DNA of 36,280 nucleotides from a virus (lineage: Duplodnaviria; Caudoviricetes): the IMG/VR virus record IMGVR_UViG_3300030372_001513, positions 1 to 36,280 of that record. One strand, given 5' to 3'. This document shows, one piece after another, positions 35,149 through 36,280 of the stretch. The translations under genes and the position numbers were made by a program. The first letter of the stretch is position 1; every line of letters begins with the position of its first letter. A model generated the notes under the pieces. That model had not been told where the DNA came from. It saw only the letters and a list, made by a program, of their open reading frames with translations, and made no database searches.

Positions 35149-35431
35149 ATTTTTGCCACCATTTTTTATTGTTTTTTTTCTTTTTTGTTTTTTCTTCTTC
35201 AATTAATTTTAAAGAATGTAAATATGCTAATTTTTCTAAACAACTAGCAATAAAAGTTGTTTGAGAATGATTTTGTCTAATTAAATCTATACATAAATTT
35301 TTTATATAAGTTGCATTTTTACACTGTCTTATTTCATGAATTTGTTTTTCTCTTGCCAATTCTTCTTCCAAAGTGGGTTCTACATCGAACTCTTCATCTA
35401 GTAATAACTCGATCAATAATTCTGGGTTCAT
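35138..35431 (-). CDS. Hypothetical helical protein, possibly NblA-like
   Basis: PTLEEEL...I......IK.LC..LIRQN pattern. Confidence 0.6.
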   Translation of the reverse strand: MNPELLIELLLDEEFDVEPTLEEELAREKQIHEIRQCKNATYIKNLCIDLIRQNHSQTTFIASCLEKLAYLHSLKLIEEEKTKKKKNNKKWWQKSKP

Positions 35432-35510
35432 TTTTAATTTTTTGCCATTCCTTACTTCTATTTTGCTGTTCTCTTACAGCTTGACAATGACTACAATTAC
35501 ACAAATTCAT
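35394..35510 (-). CDS. Putative 38-aa CxCxxC peptide (not in ORF track)
   Basis: MNLCNCSHCQAVREQQNRSKEWQKIKNEPRIIDRVITR*. Confidence 0.45.
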   Translation of the reverse strand: MNLCNCSHCQAVREQQNRSKEWQKIKNEPRIIDRVITR

Positions 35511-35558
35511 GTTTGATTCAACCATAGCTTTCTGTAAAAGAATTGTTAATCTTAGGTT

Positions 35559-35620
35559 GACTTGTAAAAGTCCAGCAAAACCTCTTGTGCAATCCCCATC
35601 ACCCAGGGGTTTTGTTGTTT
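35559..35620 (+). ncRNA. Candidate sRNA 2 (GNRA hairpin plus long stem-loop)
   Basis: TG-T-TAATCT at 35544-35552; GACTT-GTAA-AAGTC; 13-bp stem with two G.U valid only on +; loop CAATCCCCAT. Confidence 0.5.
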
Positions 35621-35816
35621 ATGGATTAGGTCTATTTCTCCAGTTTCTATTTGGAGGTTGTGATTGAGATAATGACTGTTCTAATGATGCCACTGATTTA
35701 TCTAATTGGTTCAATCTTTTAAAAATTTCTCTGATATCCGCATCTCTTCTGTTACTGATATTTGCCAACATCATTAAAACAGCAGTTGCAGCAGCCCCTA
35801 TTGCAGCCTCTAACAT
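35619..35816 (-). CDS. Small TM plus coiled-coil protein (holin-like position)
   Basis: N-terminal hydrophobic helix then heptads; upstream of terS as T7 gp17.5 is. Confidence 0.6.
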   Translation of the reverse strand: MLEAAIGAAATAVLMMLANISNRRDADIREIFKRLNQLDKSVASLEQSLSQSQPPNRNWRNRPNP

Positions 35817-35857
35817 AGTTTTTACCTATATTAGTATTAATATTGCATTTATTTTTT

Positions 35858-36280
35858 ATGGATGAAACAAAACCAAAGAACTTTTTAGAAAAATTAAAAG
35901 ATAAAGTTCCTGATCGTGAAGAGCAATTTGAATACGTCAGTATTGCTGTGCGTTTGCTTGTGGTTTTTTGGAGTGGGGCTCTCGTTACATTAAATTATTT
36001 ACCTAAGATTCCTGGACTTACAAGTGGAGAAAAGCAGGATATAACTTTTCCGGCATCTTTATTGGCTTCAAGTTTGGCTAGTTTTGGACTAGAGAAGTCA
36101 GCTAAAAAGAAAGGTGATGGCACGTATGAAGTACCTCCACAAGATAAGCCAATGACAAAAAAAGAGATGGAAACAATGATTACTAGTTCACAAGGTAATT
36201 ATCAAACAATTAGAGTTGAAACACCCATTAAAATTGAAGGTGCTCAAGTAGTCAAAACTGATCCTTTAACAGGAAAAGAA
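35858..36280 (+). CDS. 150-aa two-TM membrane protein, continues to 331
   Basis: MDETKPKNFLEKLKDKVPDREEQFEYVSIAVRLLVVFWSGALVTLNYLP...FPASLLASSLASFGL. Confidence 0.8.
   Translation, partial: MDETKPKNFLEKLKDKVPDREEQFEYVSIAVRLLVVFWSGALVTLNYLPKIPGLTSGEKQDITFPASLLASSLASFGLEKSAKKKGDGTYEVPPQDKPMTKKEMETMITSSQGNYQTIRVETPIKIEGAQVVKTDPLTGKE
35980..36280. repeat. Terminal overlap copy 2
   Basis: 299/301 identical to 1-301. Confidence 0.95.

Overview
This window is an apparently complete, circularly permuted genome (unit length about 35,979 bp; 1-301 repeats 35980-36280) of an AT-rich T7-like podophage (Autographiviridae). It is probably a marine picocyanobacterial (Prochlorococcus-like) phage; the host is an inference. 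Nearly all core genes are on the minus strand in canonical T7 order starting near 32.5 kb: early genes (ArdC-like, NrdR-type Zn ribbon), tyrosine integrase, single-subunit RNA polymerase, SSB, endonuclease I, primase-helicase, exonuclease, portal, scaffold, capsid, tail tubes, internal virion proteins, tail fibre, a cassette of envelope-targeted proteins, TerS and TerL. Main points: (1) the major capsid gene is split by an ORF-less 251-nt group I intron with consensus P/Q/R/S motifs, P1 U.G and P10. (2) A plus-strand two-hairpin small RNA candidate (about 23100-23170), with its own extended -10 and U-rich end, is complementary in its unpaired regions to the translation-initiation regions of the integrase and several early genes; this may be an RNA-based lysogeny/immunity switch in a phage with no recognisable repressor. 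A second sRNA candidate of similar design lies at about 35559-35620. (3) No DNA polymerase, RNR or photosynthesis genes were recognised. (4) There are two stand-alone NrdR Zn-ribbon proteins, and an NrdR-box-like site overlaps an early sigma70 promoter. (5) Several tiny basic proteins around the head genes share a G/T-R-x-x-L-K/R/Q-I motif.
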